NCBI GenBank assembly: GCA_002747145.1
Contig: PDTI01000014.1
Coordinates: 1-57,217, forward strand
Source: Desulfobacter postgatei
Lineage (GTDB): Bacteria > Desulfobacterota > Desulfobacteria > Desulfobacterales > Desulfobacteraceae
Reading direction: 5' to 3'
DNA length: 57,217 nucleotides
Positions 49,299 to 57,217 of the stretch are shown one piece after another. A program made the position numbers and the translations under genes. Numbering within the stretch: position 1 is the first letter of the stretch; the number at the start of each line of letters is the position of its first letter. A model generated the notes under the pieces. That model searched no databases, had not been told where the DNA came from, and was given only the letters and a program-made list of their open reading frames with translations.

Positions 49299-50306
49299 TT
49301 AACACAATATGGATGAATCAATCTGCTCAATGGTGCTGACCCCGGTCATAAACATCGCTTTTTTCAATATCTTGTGAATATGTTCCATGTGTAATCTGAC
49401 CCCCAGGGAACCTGCACCTACGGCGGCGCGGATTACATCCCTGCCCAGAAGCACAAAGTCCGCACCCAGTGCCAGCATCTTGAGTACGTCATAGCCGGTT
49501 CTGACCCCACCGTCTGCGGTGATGATCACCTGCCCCTTAAGGTGTTCGGCAATATCCGGAAGCACTTCTGCCACGCCCGGCGTTGCATCAAGCACCCGGC
49601 CGCCGTGATTTGACACACTGACCACCTTGACACCGGCATCGGCACAACTGACAGCGTCTTCCACCGTCATGATCCCTTTGGCAATAAAGGGCAGGGACGT
49701 GGCCTGGACCAGCTCTTTGATATCCTTTACACTCTTGCGGAATACCGGCTGGTTATGTCGGGCCATAATGGTGGACCCGCATCCGTCAAGATCCACACCC
49801 ACCGCAGGACACCCCAGTTCTTCAGCGTTTTGGATCAAGCGTTTGAGAACATCCTGGGATCTGGGTTTAAAAATGGGAACAGCCGGCAGACCTTCTTTTT
49901 TTATGGCCCTGAGCGCTGGGTTATCCTCGGGGGTGTAAAAAAATGTAAATGAACAGGCGGTGTCAGGTTCGATATGTTCCCCCACCACCCTTAGTTTAAA
50001 GCGCACTGCCTCAAGGGAGGCAACATTCGCCCGGAAGGAGAAGCCTGCACCGCTGCCACCGAATCCAATGGGTTTGCCATAGGCTTCTTTCTGGCAAAGC
50101 TTATCAAATTTGCCGTCACAGGCGGGATAGACCGCACAAAATCCTTTGAGGTTTTTTCTTGCCATGTCCCGGACCGCATCAAGGGTTTGGGGAAGGGTTT
50201 CCTGATCAAGAATAACGTGGTTGTCAGCCCCGCAATCGCTGCACTGTTCAGGCTGTTCTTCCTGGTCCATGGTCGTCAAGCACATGGTGCATTGCCAGAT
50301 AGTCAT
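49299..50306 (-). CDS. FMN-dependent alpha-hydroxy-acid oxidase/dehydrogenase with N-terminal rubredoxin-like domain; probable internal deletion
   Basis: WQC..C...C..CGA; KGIMT..DA, VSNHGGR.LD, ADGGVRTG.DV.K.LALGA, GR; first barrel strands apparently absent. Confidence 0.8.
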   Translation of the reverse strand: MTIWQCTMCLTTMDQEEQPEQCSDCGADNHVILDQETLPQTLDAVRDMARKNLKGFCAVYPACDGKFDKLCQKEAYGKPIGFGGSGAGFSFRANVASLEAVRFKLRVVGEHIEPDTACSFTFFYTPEDNPALRAIKKEGLPAVPIFKPRSQDVLKRLIQNAEELGCPAVGVDLDGCGSTIMARHNQPVFRKSVKDIKELVQATSLPFIAKGIMTVEDAVSCADAGVKVVSVSNHGGRVLDATPGVAEVLPDIAEHLKGQVIITADGGVRTGYDVLKMLALGADFVLLGRDVIRAAVGAGSLGVRLHMEHIHKILKKAMFMTGVSTIEQIDSSILC

Positions 50307-50343
50307 ATCGAATGGTCTCTCCTGTTTCAGTATAAGGTTTATA

Positions 50344-50379
50344 GGATTGCAGCCGATTCATCAATTATCAAACACGCTC
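50344..50379 (-). mobile_element. MITE family C end fragment
   Basis: GGATTGCAGCCGATTCATCAATTATCAAACACGCTC|TTA. Confidence 0.8.
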
Positions 50380-50444
50380 TTAGGTTATTAATCTAAATCA
50401 TCCACACATAAGGTAAACAAGATCACCCATGGTTTGAATGCCCT

Positions 50445-50559
50445 GCCTGCAATGTTCACTGTTACATCAGCGTTCATGGCTACCCTTTGTGTGACCTGTA
50501 TGGCCTAATGTTGAATTGAATAGGCGGGAAATAAAAAAAAGTCAACCCTTTGCGATTTC
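50445..50559 (-). repeat. dispersed direct repeat (promoter, RBS and gene start), copy 1
   Basis: Aligns with 55389-55506. Confidence 0.8.
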
Positions 50560-50704
50560 GATTTTGATCTTGTGTCTAATAACATAATATTCTGAAAATA
50601 TACTTTATTTTGTTTCTGCTCCATAAATTATATAATGATTTTCAGGTTTGCAACACTTGTCAAAAACAAAACTGTCTATCCTTCCCAATATATTACGTTG
50701 CCAG

Positions 50705-50751
50705 TTATTCCGCCTTGAACTTGAAAAAATTATCTATTCCGTAATAGCCTG
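50705..50751 (+). mobile_element. MITE family D end fragment
   Basis: CTTGAACTTGAAAAAATTATCTATTCCGTAATAGCCTG|TCGA. Confidence 0.75.
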
Positions 50752-50843
50752 TCGATGCCAAATTTTTTCGAAAACCAAGAGCCGTCAAAAAGCTGCTAGC
50801 CTCCCCGGGTCGGCTGTAGCCTCTTGTTCGCACTTTATCCTAA

Positions 50844-51005
50844 GAGCGTGTTTGATAATTAGGGGATCGAAGTGAGATCTCATGAAAATGAGAACCAGTT
50901 TTCACAAATTTTGTTGTTAATAGCCGGACTATTGACATAAAATTTGGGGAAATTGGGGCCATTTTCATGGGATTGCAGTCGATTGATCAATTATCAAACA
51001 CACTC
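50844..51005 (-). mobile_element. MITE family C, full copy
   Basis: TIRs GAGCGTGTTTGATAATT / AATTATCAAACACACTC. Confidence 0.9.
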
Positions 51006-51030
51006 TTAAACAAGGACGATTTCCCAGCAC

Positions 51031-52398
51031 TCATTCTTCTTCCTTTGCATATAGTTTAAGTTTATTCAACAGTGTTTTCCGGGTAATTCCCAGACGACGG
51101 GCGGTTTCACTTTTGTTTCCTGCCGCGGCAGCCAGTGTGGATAAAATCGCCTTTTCCTCCACCTTGGCCAAACTGATGTTTTCAAGGCCAGTTTCAGGCA
51201 GATTGCCTGTGGGCGGCGGTGGGGCTTGTCCAATGAAATTCAGATCCTGTGCCTGGATATAATCGGTTCGGGCCATGACCACCCCTCGCTCAACGGCGTT
51301 CATCAGTTCCCGCACATTCCCCGGCCAGTGATATCGGATCAGGGTGTCCATGGCATCTGGTGTAAATCCTTTCATCTCCCTGCGGTTTTTCTTTGAAAAC
51401 AGCCCTAAAAAATGCAACGCCAGCTCCGGGATGTCCTCAGAACGGCGTCTCAGGGGCGGAATCTCAATGGTGACCACATTAAGGCGGTAGTACAGATCCT
51501 GCCTGAATTTCTTTTCTTCGGCCATGACCTTGAGATCTCTGTTGGTGGCGGCAATGACCCTGACATCAACGCCGATGGTCTTTTCCGACCCCACGGGGCA
51601 GATCTCCTTTTCCTGGATCACCCGCAGCAGTTTAGCCTGCATGGGAAGACTCATCTCTGCGATTTCATCCAACAGAATGCTACCCGTATCTGCCGCAAGG
51701 AACTTGCCCTTTCGCTTTTTCTCGGCACCGGTAAATGCCCCCCGATCATGACCAAACAGTTCCGACTCCAGAAGGGTTTCTGTAATGGCTGCACAATTGA
51801 TGCGAATATAGGGATTGTCTTTTCTTGCACTGTTGTAGTGCAGGGCCGATGACACCAGTTCCTTGCCCGTGCCCGATTCCCCTGTGACCAGCACACTGGC
51901 ATCGGTGGGGGCCACCAGGTTGATGGTGTCCATCAGGGCCTTTATCCCCGGACTCTTACCCAATATCCCCGATCCCGCCCACGGGGTTGACAATTGTTGT
52001 TTAAGGGCCTTATTCTCGGATTTAAGCGCCATACGCTCAAACACCCGGTCAATGGTCAGCTTGAGCTTATCAAAATCCAGGGGCTTGGTCAGGTAGTCGT
52101 AGGCACCGATCTTCAGCGCCTTTACCGCCGTATCCACAGAGGAATAGGCGGTCATGATGATCACCGGCAAAGCGGGATTATAGGCGTTGATCTGCTGCAG
52201 CGCCTCCATACCCGACAGCTTCACCATTTTCATATCCATGAGTACCAGGCCAAAAGGGCGCTCTTTGACCATCTCAACCCCCACATCGCCATCTCCTGCC
52301 ACCTCAATTTTATAGCCCCATCCCCGAATCAGGGTTTTGAGCATTACGGCATGGGCGTTGTCATCATCTACAACCAGAACGGTTCTTTGCGCTGTCAT
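51031..52398 (-). CDS. zraR: sigma54-dependent response regulator, ZraR-like
   Basis: Receiver, GESGTGKE, ESELFGH..GAFTGA, WPGNVREL, NKSETARRLGITRKTL. Confidence 0.85.
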   Translation of the reverse strand: MTAQRTVLVVDDDNAHAVMLKTLIRGWGYKIEVAGDGDVGVEMVKERPFGLVLMDMKMVKLSGMEALQQINAYNPALPVIIMTAYSSVDTAVKALKIGAYDYLTKPLDFDKLKLTIDRVFERMALKSENKALKQQLSTPWAGSGILGKSPGIKALMDTINLVAPTDASVLVTGESGTGKELVSSALHYNSARKDNPYIRINCAAITETLLESELFGHDRGAFTGAEKKRKGKFLAADTGSILLDEIAEMSLPMQAKLLRVIQEKEICPVGSEKTIGVDVRVIAATNRDLKVMAEEKKFRQDLYYRLNVVTIEIPPLRRRSEDIPELALHFLGLFSKKNRREMKGFTPDAMDTLIRYHWPGNVRELMNAVERGVVMARTDYIQAQDLNFIGQAPPPPTGNLPETGLENISLAKVEEKAILSTLAAAAGNKSETARRLGITRKTLLNKLKLYAKEEE

Positions 52399-54170
52399 CT
52401 GTTGTTTTCCTCTTTTTCGTCATGGATTTTGACCTGCTGTGGCAAACGGATCATAAAGGCGGTTCCCTTCCCTTTGGTGCTGTTTACCCGGATTTCGCCC
52501 CTGAGGGTTTCGATAATTCGATGGACAATGGACAGTCCCAGTCCTGTTCCCTGGGGCCGGGTGGTAAAATAGGGATCAAATATCTTATCCAGATGTTCCG
52601 GTTCAATGCCGCATCCGGTATCTTTTACTTCCATTTCAATCCCTTTCTCTCCTGTTGTATCCCTGACCCTTACAATCAGTTCGCCCCCCTCTTCCATGGC
52701 ATTGACGGCATTCAAAAACAGATTCAGCAGGACCTGATTCATCCGGTCGGGATCCGTGGCCAGCATCTCCCGTGATGTTTTCATCCGAATATGGCAACTG
52801 ATATTGTGTTTTTCCAGATCCTGGGAAACCAGCATCAGGGAATGCCGGATCAAAGGTTCAATCTCCACAGGCCGGATTTCAACGTCCAAAGGCTTGGCAA
52901 ATTCCAGAAGCTGGATAATGGACCGGTTGATCCGTTCCACTTCCTGGACCATGATCTTTGCCGTCTGTGCGTCCCCTGGCTCATCCTGGTATCGTTTGGC
53001 AAAATAGGTGGCAAATCCTTTGATGGAACTTAAGGGGTTCCTGATCTCATGGGCCACCCCCCCGGCCAGTTTACCAATGGCTGCCAGCCGCCGGTTGGTC
53101 TCCACCTCTTTTTTCAATTCCTGCAACTGTGTCATATCCCGGAATAGAAAGATGTACCCCTGAACCTTGCCGCTATCATCAAAAATGGAAGAGACCGTCA
53201 TATCCAGCCTCAACCGGCCTTTATTCCTGGGATTCAATACCACTTCCCCGGAAATCGGTCCGCTGGCCCCAGAGATCCGAGACGCCAGATGGAACATTTC
53301 AGGGTATGCCATATCGGGGATGGCTCCCAGGATCTTTTCTGCAGCCCGGTTAGCAGATGTCACCATATATTGATCATCCAAGGTTAACAGTCCGGACGGC
53401 ATATTTTGCACCACAGTATCGGAAAAGGCTTGAACACGGTTCAAAGAGGCCCGGGCGGACCGGTATGCCTGGAACATAAACAAAGCAATAATCCCTGAAC
53501 CGCCCAGAATAAAAAAAACAATGCCCTGAACAATGGTCTGCCGGGTCATTCGCTTTTCTGTTCTTGCCACTTTGTCCATGGAAAGACCGGCAAAGATAAA
53601 ATGGTTTTTAAGGCGAAAAGATTCATAATCCTGGTGGATAAGCGCGTTGGGCTTATGATGGTGCAGCTTTTTGGCATGTCGTCCATCCAAATGCCGCTCC
53701 CTGAATCCGTATTTCAGGGGCACAAACCGTTTATAAACCTCAAACACAGGTTTGCCGTCCACCTGCCGGTACCGGTTGAACACCTGAAAGGGTTTCATGG
53801 GCGTCTCCTGCAAATCTGCCCAGCCATCATAGATTTTACCAACCTGCTCCGGGTCTGAATGTGCCAGGATGTTCCCTTGGGCATCGGTAATCAGAATATA
53901 GGCAATTTCCGGCTGCACCGCCGTCTCAACCAGCATGGTCTGAATCCGTTTCATCCCCCAGCCCATGGCCAGCATACCGGCCCGGGTTCCCGCCTCAAAG
54001 GTTCGGATCAGGTAGATGCCCCGCCCCATCATTTTATCTTTGATATGCGCTTTCTGCCGGGTCATCCGGTCCAGGGTCATAAAGGTGAACACCGGCATCA
54101 GCACCGCCAGCACGCCGATAATGATCATAGGGGAAATCAGACCCCATTTTTTCTTTTTTATCCGTTTCAT
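52395..54170 (-). CDS. zraS: sensor histidine kinase, ZraS-like
   Basis: Two TMs, LIRTFEAGTRAGM, QPEIAYI.ITD..G.I.AHSD, PAS, AHEIRNPLSSIKG.A.YF, GTGLGL. Confidence 0.85.
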   Translation of the reverse strand: MKRIKKKKWGLISPMIIIGVLAVLMPVFTFMTLDRMTRQKAHIKDKMMGRGIYLIRTFEAGTRAGMLAMGWGMKRIQTMLVETAVQPEIAYILITDAQGNILAHSDPEQVGKIYDGWADLQETPMKPFQVFNRYRQVDGKPVFEVYKRFVPLKYGFRERHLDGRHAKKLHHHKPNALIHQDYESFRLKNHFIFAGLSMDKVARTEKRMTRQTIVQGIVFFILGGSGIIALFMFQAYRSARASLNRVQAFSDTVVQNMPSGLLTLDDQYMVTSANRAAEKILGAIPDMAYPEMFHLASRISGASGPISGEVVLNPRNKGRLRLDMTVSSIFDDSGKVQGYIFLFRDMTQLQELKKEVETNRRLAAIGKLAGGVAHEIRNPLSSIKGFATYFAKRYQDEPGDAQTAKIMVQEVERINRSIIQLLEFAKPLDVEIRPVEIEPLIRHSLMLVSQDLEKHNISCHIRMKTSREMLATDPDRMNQVLLNLFLNAVNAMEEGGELIVRVRDTTGEKGIEMEVKDTGCGIEPEHLDKIFDPYFTTRPQGTGLGLSIVHRIIETLRGEIRVNSTKGKGTAFMIRLPQQVKIHDEKEENNR

Positions 54171-54206
54171 AACATTAGGGATCAGTGCAAATTCAAGACC
54201 AGTTAA

Positions 54207-54232
54207 GGCCCATGATCAAAATAAAACCTCCC
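54207..54232. mobile_element. MITE family B end fragment
   Basis: TAA|GGCCCATGATCAAAATAAAACCTCCC. Confidence 0.7.
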
Positions 54233-54314
54233 GTTCTCATAAGCCGCAGGTTGGGTTTCCCGATTCATCAATGATCACACACGCCCAGACCTTTACCCAC
54301 TGTATATCTCACAC

Positions 54315-54371
54315 TGGGTAAAAAATACACACTTCAACGTCAAACGCAATAATCTGAGTAATTTTTATACA
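54315..54371. promoter_or_regulatory. putative tandem activator (UAS) sites
   Basis: TGGGTA-N5-TACACA and TGAGTA-N5-TATACA, 40 bp apart, 120-180 bp upstream of the sigma54 promoter. Confidence 0.5.
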
Positions 54372-54460
54372 TCCGGGAAAAATATCCGGGTATAAAAGAA
54401 ACAGCTTCGATCATTTCACCACAGCCGGCCAAACCCCAAAAAAAATTATTTACCCTTATA

Positions 54461-54473
54461 TTTCAATAGGTTA
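54461..54473 (+). promoter_or_regulatory. putative IHF site
   Basis: TTTCAATAGGTTA is close to WATCAANNNNTTR and lies between the UAS and -24. Confidence 0.5.
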
Positions 54474-54491
54474 AAAAACAATATTGCTCAA

Positions 54492-54507
54492 TGGCATACC
54501 CATTGCT
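54492..54507 (+). promoter_or_regulatory. sigma54 -24/-12 promoter
   Basis: TGGCATACCCATTGCT (GG-N10-GC). Confidence 0.85.
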
Positions 54508-54570
54508 ATGATATCTTGTCAAGATCAAATTTGATCACACACAACACAAACAGATACAGGAGACATCATT

Positions 54571-55056
54571 ATGAAAAAATCACTCATCAGTTTAACAGCA
54601 TTACTTATGGTCGGATTCATGGCAGCGTCAGCATTTGCATGGGGGCATGGTGACAAAAAACAGGGTGGATGCAGTGAACAGGACCGGGGCATCTACAAGG
54701 ACTTGACCGATGATCAAAAATCTCAGCTGCGGGAACTGCATCAGCAGTGGGTGGATGAAAGCTATGAAGCCCGGGCCGCCATGATGACCAAACACCAGGA
54801 ACTGCGCATGCTCATGGAGACTTCGAATCCAGCCAGATCAGACATCCAGGCCCTTTCAGATGAAATTTTCGAACTGAAAAAAGAACTGGCCGATAAACGC
54901 ATCGACTTTGCCCTTAAAGCCAAAAAAATTGCTCCCGAAATTAACTTCATGGGTATGGGGCACAGAGGCTTGGGCAAAAAAACAGGTCATCACCCCAGAC
55001 ACGATAAACAATGTCCGCGTCACGACAACGACTATCACCACCGGAATAACGAGTAG
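54571..55056 (+). CDS. periplasmic Spy/CpxP/ZraP-family protein
   Basis: Signal peptide ASAFA, LTDDQK motif, helical core, His-rich tail; divergent from zraSR-like genes. Confidence 0.82.
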   Translation: MKKSLISLTALLMVGFMAASAFAWGHGDKKQGGCSEQDRGIYKDLTDDQKSQLRELHQQWVDESYEARAAMMTKHQELRMLMETSNPARSDIQALSDEIFELKKELADKRIDFALKAKKIAPEINFMGMGHRGLGKKTGHHPRHDKQCPRHDNDYHHRNNE

Positions 55057-55077
55057 AAATAACAACGGTATATAGAG

Positions 55078-55107
55078 CCCCCGGGAAATCCTTTCCGGGG
55101 GTTTTTT
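55078..55107 (+). terminator. intrinsic terminator
   Basis: CCCCCGGGAA-TCC-TTTCCGGGGG-TTTTTT. Confidence 0.85.
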
Positions 55108-55108
55108 A

Positions 55109-55164
55109 GAGCGTGTTTGATAATTGATGAATCGGCTGCAATCCCCTGATTATGAAACACGCTC
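55109..55164. mobile_element. MITE family C mini copy (56 bp)
   Basis: Both TIRs joined with the interior deleted. Confidence 0.8.
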
Positions 55165-55288
55165 TAAAGCACCACTGCCAAAAGCACCGCAGGTGTCGAC
55201 AATGGCTGCAACGGGGTTCATACGACGGAATTGCTGGCAAACCAAAAGAAGAATTGATAAATAACGAATTTTAATCTATAGTCTCTAA

Positions 55289-55388
55289 AAGCGTGTTTGA
55301 TAATTAGGGGATCGAAGCGAAATCCCATGAAAATGAGAACCAATTTTCACAAATTTTGTTGTTAATAGCCGGACTATTGACATAAAAT
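55289..55388 (-). mobile_element. MITE family C, partial
   Basis: Matches 50844-50943. Confidence 0.85.
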
Positions 55389-55506
55389 GCCCGCAATGTT
55401 CAGTGTTACATCTGCGTTCATGGATACCCTTTGTGTTATCTGTGTGGCCTAATGTTGGATTGAATATGCGGGCGATTAAAAAAAAGTCAATCATTTACGC
55501 TATCGC
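55389..55506 (-). repeat. dispersed direct repeat, copy 2
   Basis: Aligns with 50445-50559. Confidence 0.8.
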
Positions 55507-55541
55507 TTTTTCCGGAATTGACAAGTTCTATTTCTGATCGA

Positions 55542-55630
55542 CAGGCTGTTACGGAATAGACAAGGCTCATGATCAAAATAAAATCGCCCATCTACTTATT
55601 TTTTTAAGCCCCCCTCGGCGTTACACCAAT
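55542..55630. mobile_element. abutting MITE D end and MITE B fragment
   Basis: TCGA|CAGGCTGTTACGGAATAGA then GGCTCATGATCAAAATAAAATCGCCCATC... Confidence 0.75.
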
Positions 55631-55911
55631 TATTTTGATTTGAGATAACTTTTTAAATCCCTATAATAATTTCCATGTGGCCCGATCATTATGCATTCAA
55701 GATGATCACCTGCAAAACGATAAGAAAACAGATACGGCATTGTTTTTATTTTGAACTTATGAACAAAAACGCCTCTCAGGTCTCCCTTTTTTTCTGTGCC
55801 AATAGTTAGATTTTCAGCAATATTTCTTACTTCGTCATCAAGTACATCTTTTTACTGCTTAGAAAATTTTTTAACCTTTCGTGCAAAAGATCGGGACTGA
55901 AAAATTTTCAT
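55630..55911 (-). pseudogene. RelE/ParE-like toxin with premature stop
   Basis: MKIFQSRSFARKVKKFSKQ*KDVLDDEVRNIAENLTIGTEKKGDLRGVFVHKFK...IGPHGNYYRDLKSYLKSK; TAA at codon 20 (55852-54). Confidence 0.85.
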
Positions 55912-55917
55912 TTTTTG

Positions 55918-56136
55918 TTACCCCAATTGATATTCGGTTCTTTCTCCGTACTCCAATTCAGCGATGCCGATGAGGATCTCTTTTATAAGGTCGTAGGTTA
56001 AATCGGGATTTTCTTCAGCACATTTCCCGATCCGAGCCCAATGCTCAATTTGCCCAGTTAAAGATCGTTTATCGATTTTGCTGTATATCCTGGCTTCCCG
56101 AACCAATTCCTCAGTAATTCTTACTGCTGTTGTCAT
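55918..56136 (-). CDS. ParD-like type II antitoxin
   Basis: AVRI.EELV.EA...RS..GQIEHWARIG...EENPDL.Y..IK.IL; 6 nt upstream of the toxin. Confidence 0.88.
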   Translation of the reverse strand: MTTAVRITEELVREARIYSKIDKRSLTGQIEHWARIGKCAEENPDLTYDLIKEILIGIAELEYGERTEYQLG

Positions 56137-56154
56137 GATATAGTATCCCTTTTA

Positions 56155-56282
56155 GGCCCATGATCAGAATAAAACCTCCCATCTGCTTGTCTTTTAAGTC
56201 GCCCTCGGCGTTACGCCAACGGACACATCTATCGAATATGCGTCCATTGGCGTGCCTTGATGGCGGCTTAAAATCCGGCGCA
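56155..56282. mobile_element. MITE family B, one-ended copy
   Basis: Reverse complement of about 2045-2172. Confidence 0.85.
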
Positions 56283-56305
56283 ATCATTTCAGATCTCTTT
56301 ATCCG

Positions 56306-57217
56306 CTACCCTTGATCATAGATCTGCTTCACTGACTTATTGATAGTGACCGATGCATCTTTCCAGCGATCTGCTATCGTTTTTTTAACGGCGTCTTTAA
56401 GATCAGAATCAGAAATTTTTGTCCACTCTTTGGCAAGAGATTTGCCGCGCAGAATGTTCATCGAATCAGGTTCATTATGTTGTTTACACAGCGATACAAT
56501 GGCCTCATCAAGCCATTTGATATCCGGACCCATGAATCTCCCATAGCCGACTGAAGTTTTGGCACCGATACCAAAAATGGTCAGGCCATCCAGGATTACC
56601 GAATCAATTATTTTTAAATTCTCTGTATTGCGACTTCGACTGAACAGACGAAAAACAAAAGGTGTGTGAGTTCCAATGGCCAGAAAAAATACTGGATTGG
56701 GGCTCTCGGTTTCCATCGGAGAAGGCAGAGAACCCTCATTCTCATCGTAGGTATTCAACTGCTCATAGTATTGACCGTGATGGTTATTAATAATATCGAC
56801 CTCCACCGCAGGCACCTTCTCGGGAAAAGCGTCGAAGAATACGATGTCACCCGTATTTTGTACAGACGTGGGACTGTCTGTCTCATCTGAACCGAAAAGA
56901 TCAAACATTTTTTCAGCATTAAAGTTTTTTGAATTCTGCGCTGCAGCAATGTACTGCTCAAACACATACCGGCATAACCCCTTGATTGAAGACCCCGGAA
57001 GATAGGGCAGTCCGGAATTATGGTCGAGGGTGAATCCATTTTCAATGGGATGATCATACCCCAGACCGCAGGCAATACGCCAGACAGAACTGAGCGTATA
57101 ACTCTTCCCGGCAATGTTTCCGGCATGGGCAAGAATCCTTTCCTGGCGCGCATGAACCACAGCCAGTGATGCTTCGTCAATGTCCTTGAATGTCTGGGTA
57201 AAATCCTTCAGTACCGC
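56306..57217 (-). CDS. cmr6: type III-B CRISPR RAMP protein Cmr6 (5' end outside window)
   Basis: GLG..HPIENGFTL....GLPYLPGSSIKG, FFDAFP, VDIIN.H...YY, PNPVFFL, GIGAKTSVGYGRF; frame open to window edge. Confidence 0.93.
   Translation of the reverse strand, partial: AVLKDFTQTFKDIDEASLAVVHARQERILAHAGNIAGKSYTLSSVWRIACGLGYDHPIENGFTLDHNSGLPYLPGSSIKGLCRYVFEQYIAAAQNSKNFNAEKMFDLFGSDETDSPTSVQNTGDIVFFDAFPEKVPAVEVDIINNHHGQYYEQLNTYDENEGSLPSPMETESPNPVFFLAIGTHTPFVFRLFSRSRNTENLKIIDSVILDGLTIFGIGAKTSVGYGRFMGPDIKWLDEAIVSLCKQHNEPDSMNILRGKSLAKEWTKISDSDLKDAVKKTIADRWKDASVTINKSVKQIYDQG

Noticed and set aside
50776-50826. Imperfect hairpin CAAGAG...CTCTTG as riboswitch or SRP RNA
   Set aside because: No c-di-GMP or SRP consensus; single copy between MITE pieces

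Overview
The window is bacterial DNA whose gene content and style suggest a Desulfobacter-like sulfate reducer (inference). It carries a complete dcw cluster (mraZ-rsmH-ftsL-ftsI-murE/F fusion-mraY-murD-ftsW-murG-murC-murB-ftsQ-ftsA-ftsZ, with no ddl), prfC, rsmE, an MFS-cobF-cobK block, an AlgI-like MBOAT/SGNH O-acylation pair with a divergent beta-helix protein, a GldA/F/G-DUF4340 ABC system, a ZraS/ZraR/ZraP-like module with a sigma54 promoter, a ParD/ParE-like TA pair with a dead toxin, and the 3' end of a type III-B CRISPR cmr6. Intergenic space is saturated with three MITE families: B and C with TAA/TTA targets, and D with a TCGA target. These nest in each other and truncate genes, and several other genes carry lesions (selO frameshift, FMN oxidase internal deletion). 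The best candidate for an undescribed system is the 15.2-21.4 kb minus-strand locus. It encodes a NitT/TauT-type ABC importer together with two signal-peptide-less CmpA/NrtA-fold proteins, one fused to a CheY-like receiver, and an acidic partner, which suggests a cytoplasmic ligand-sensing/phosphorelay module. Most of this operon lies between perfect 84-bp inverted repeats.
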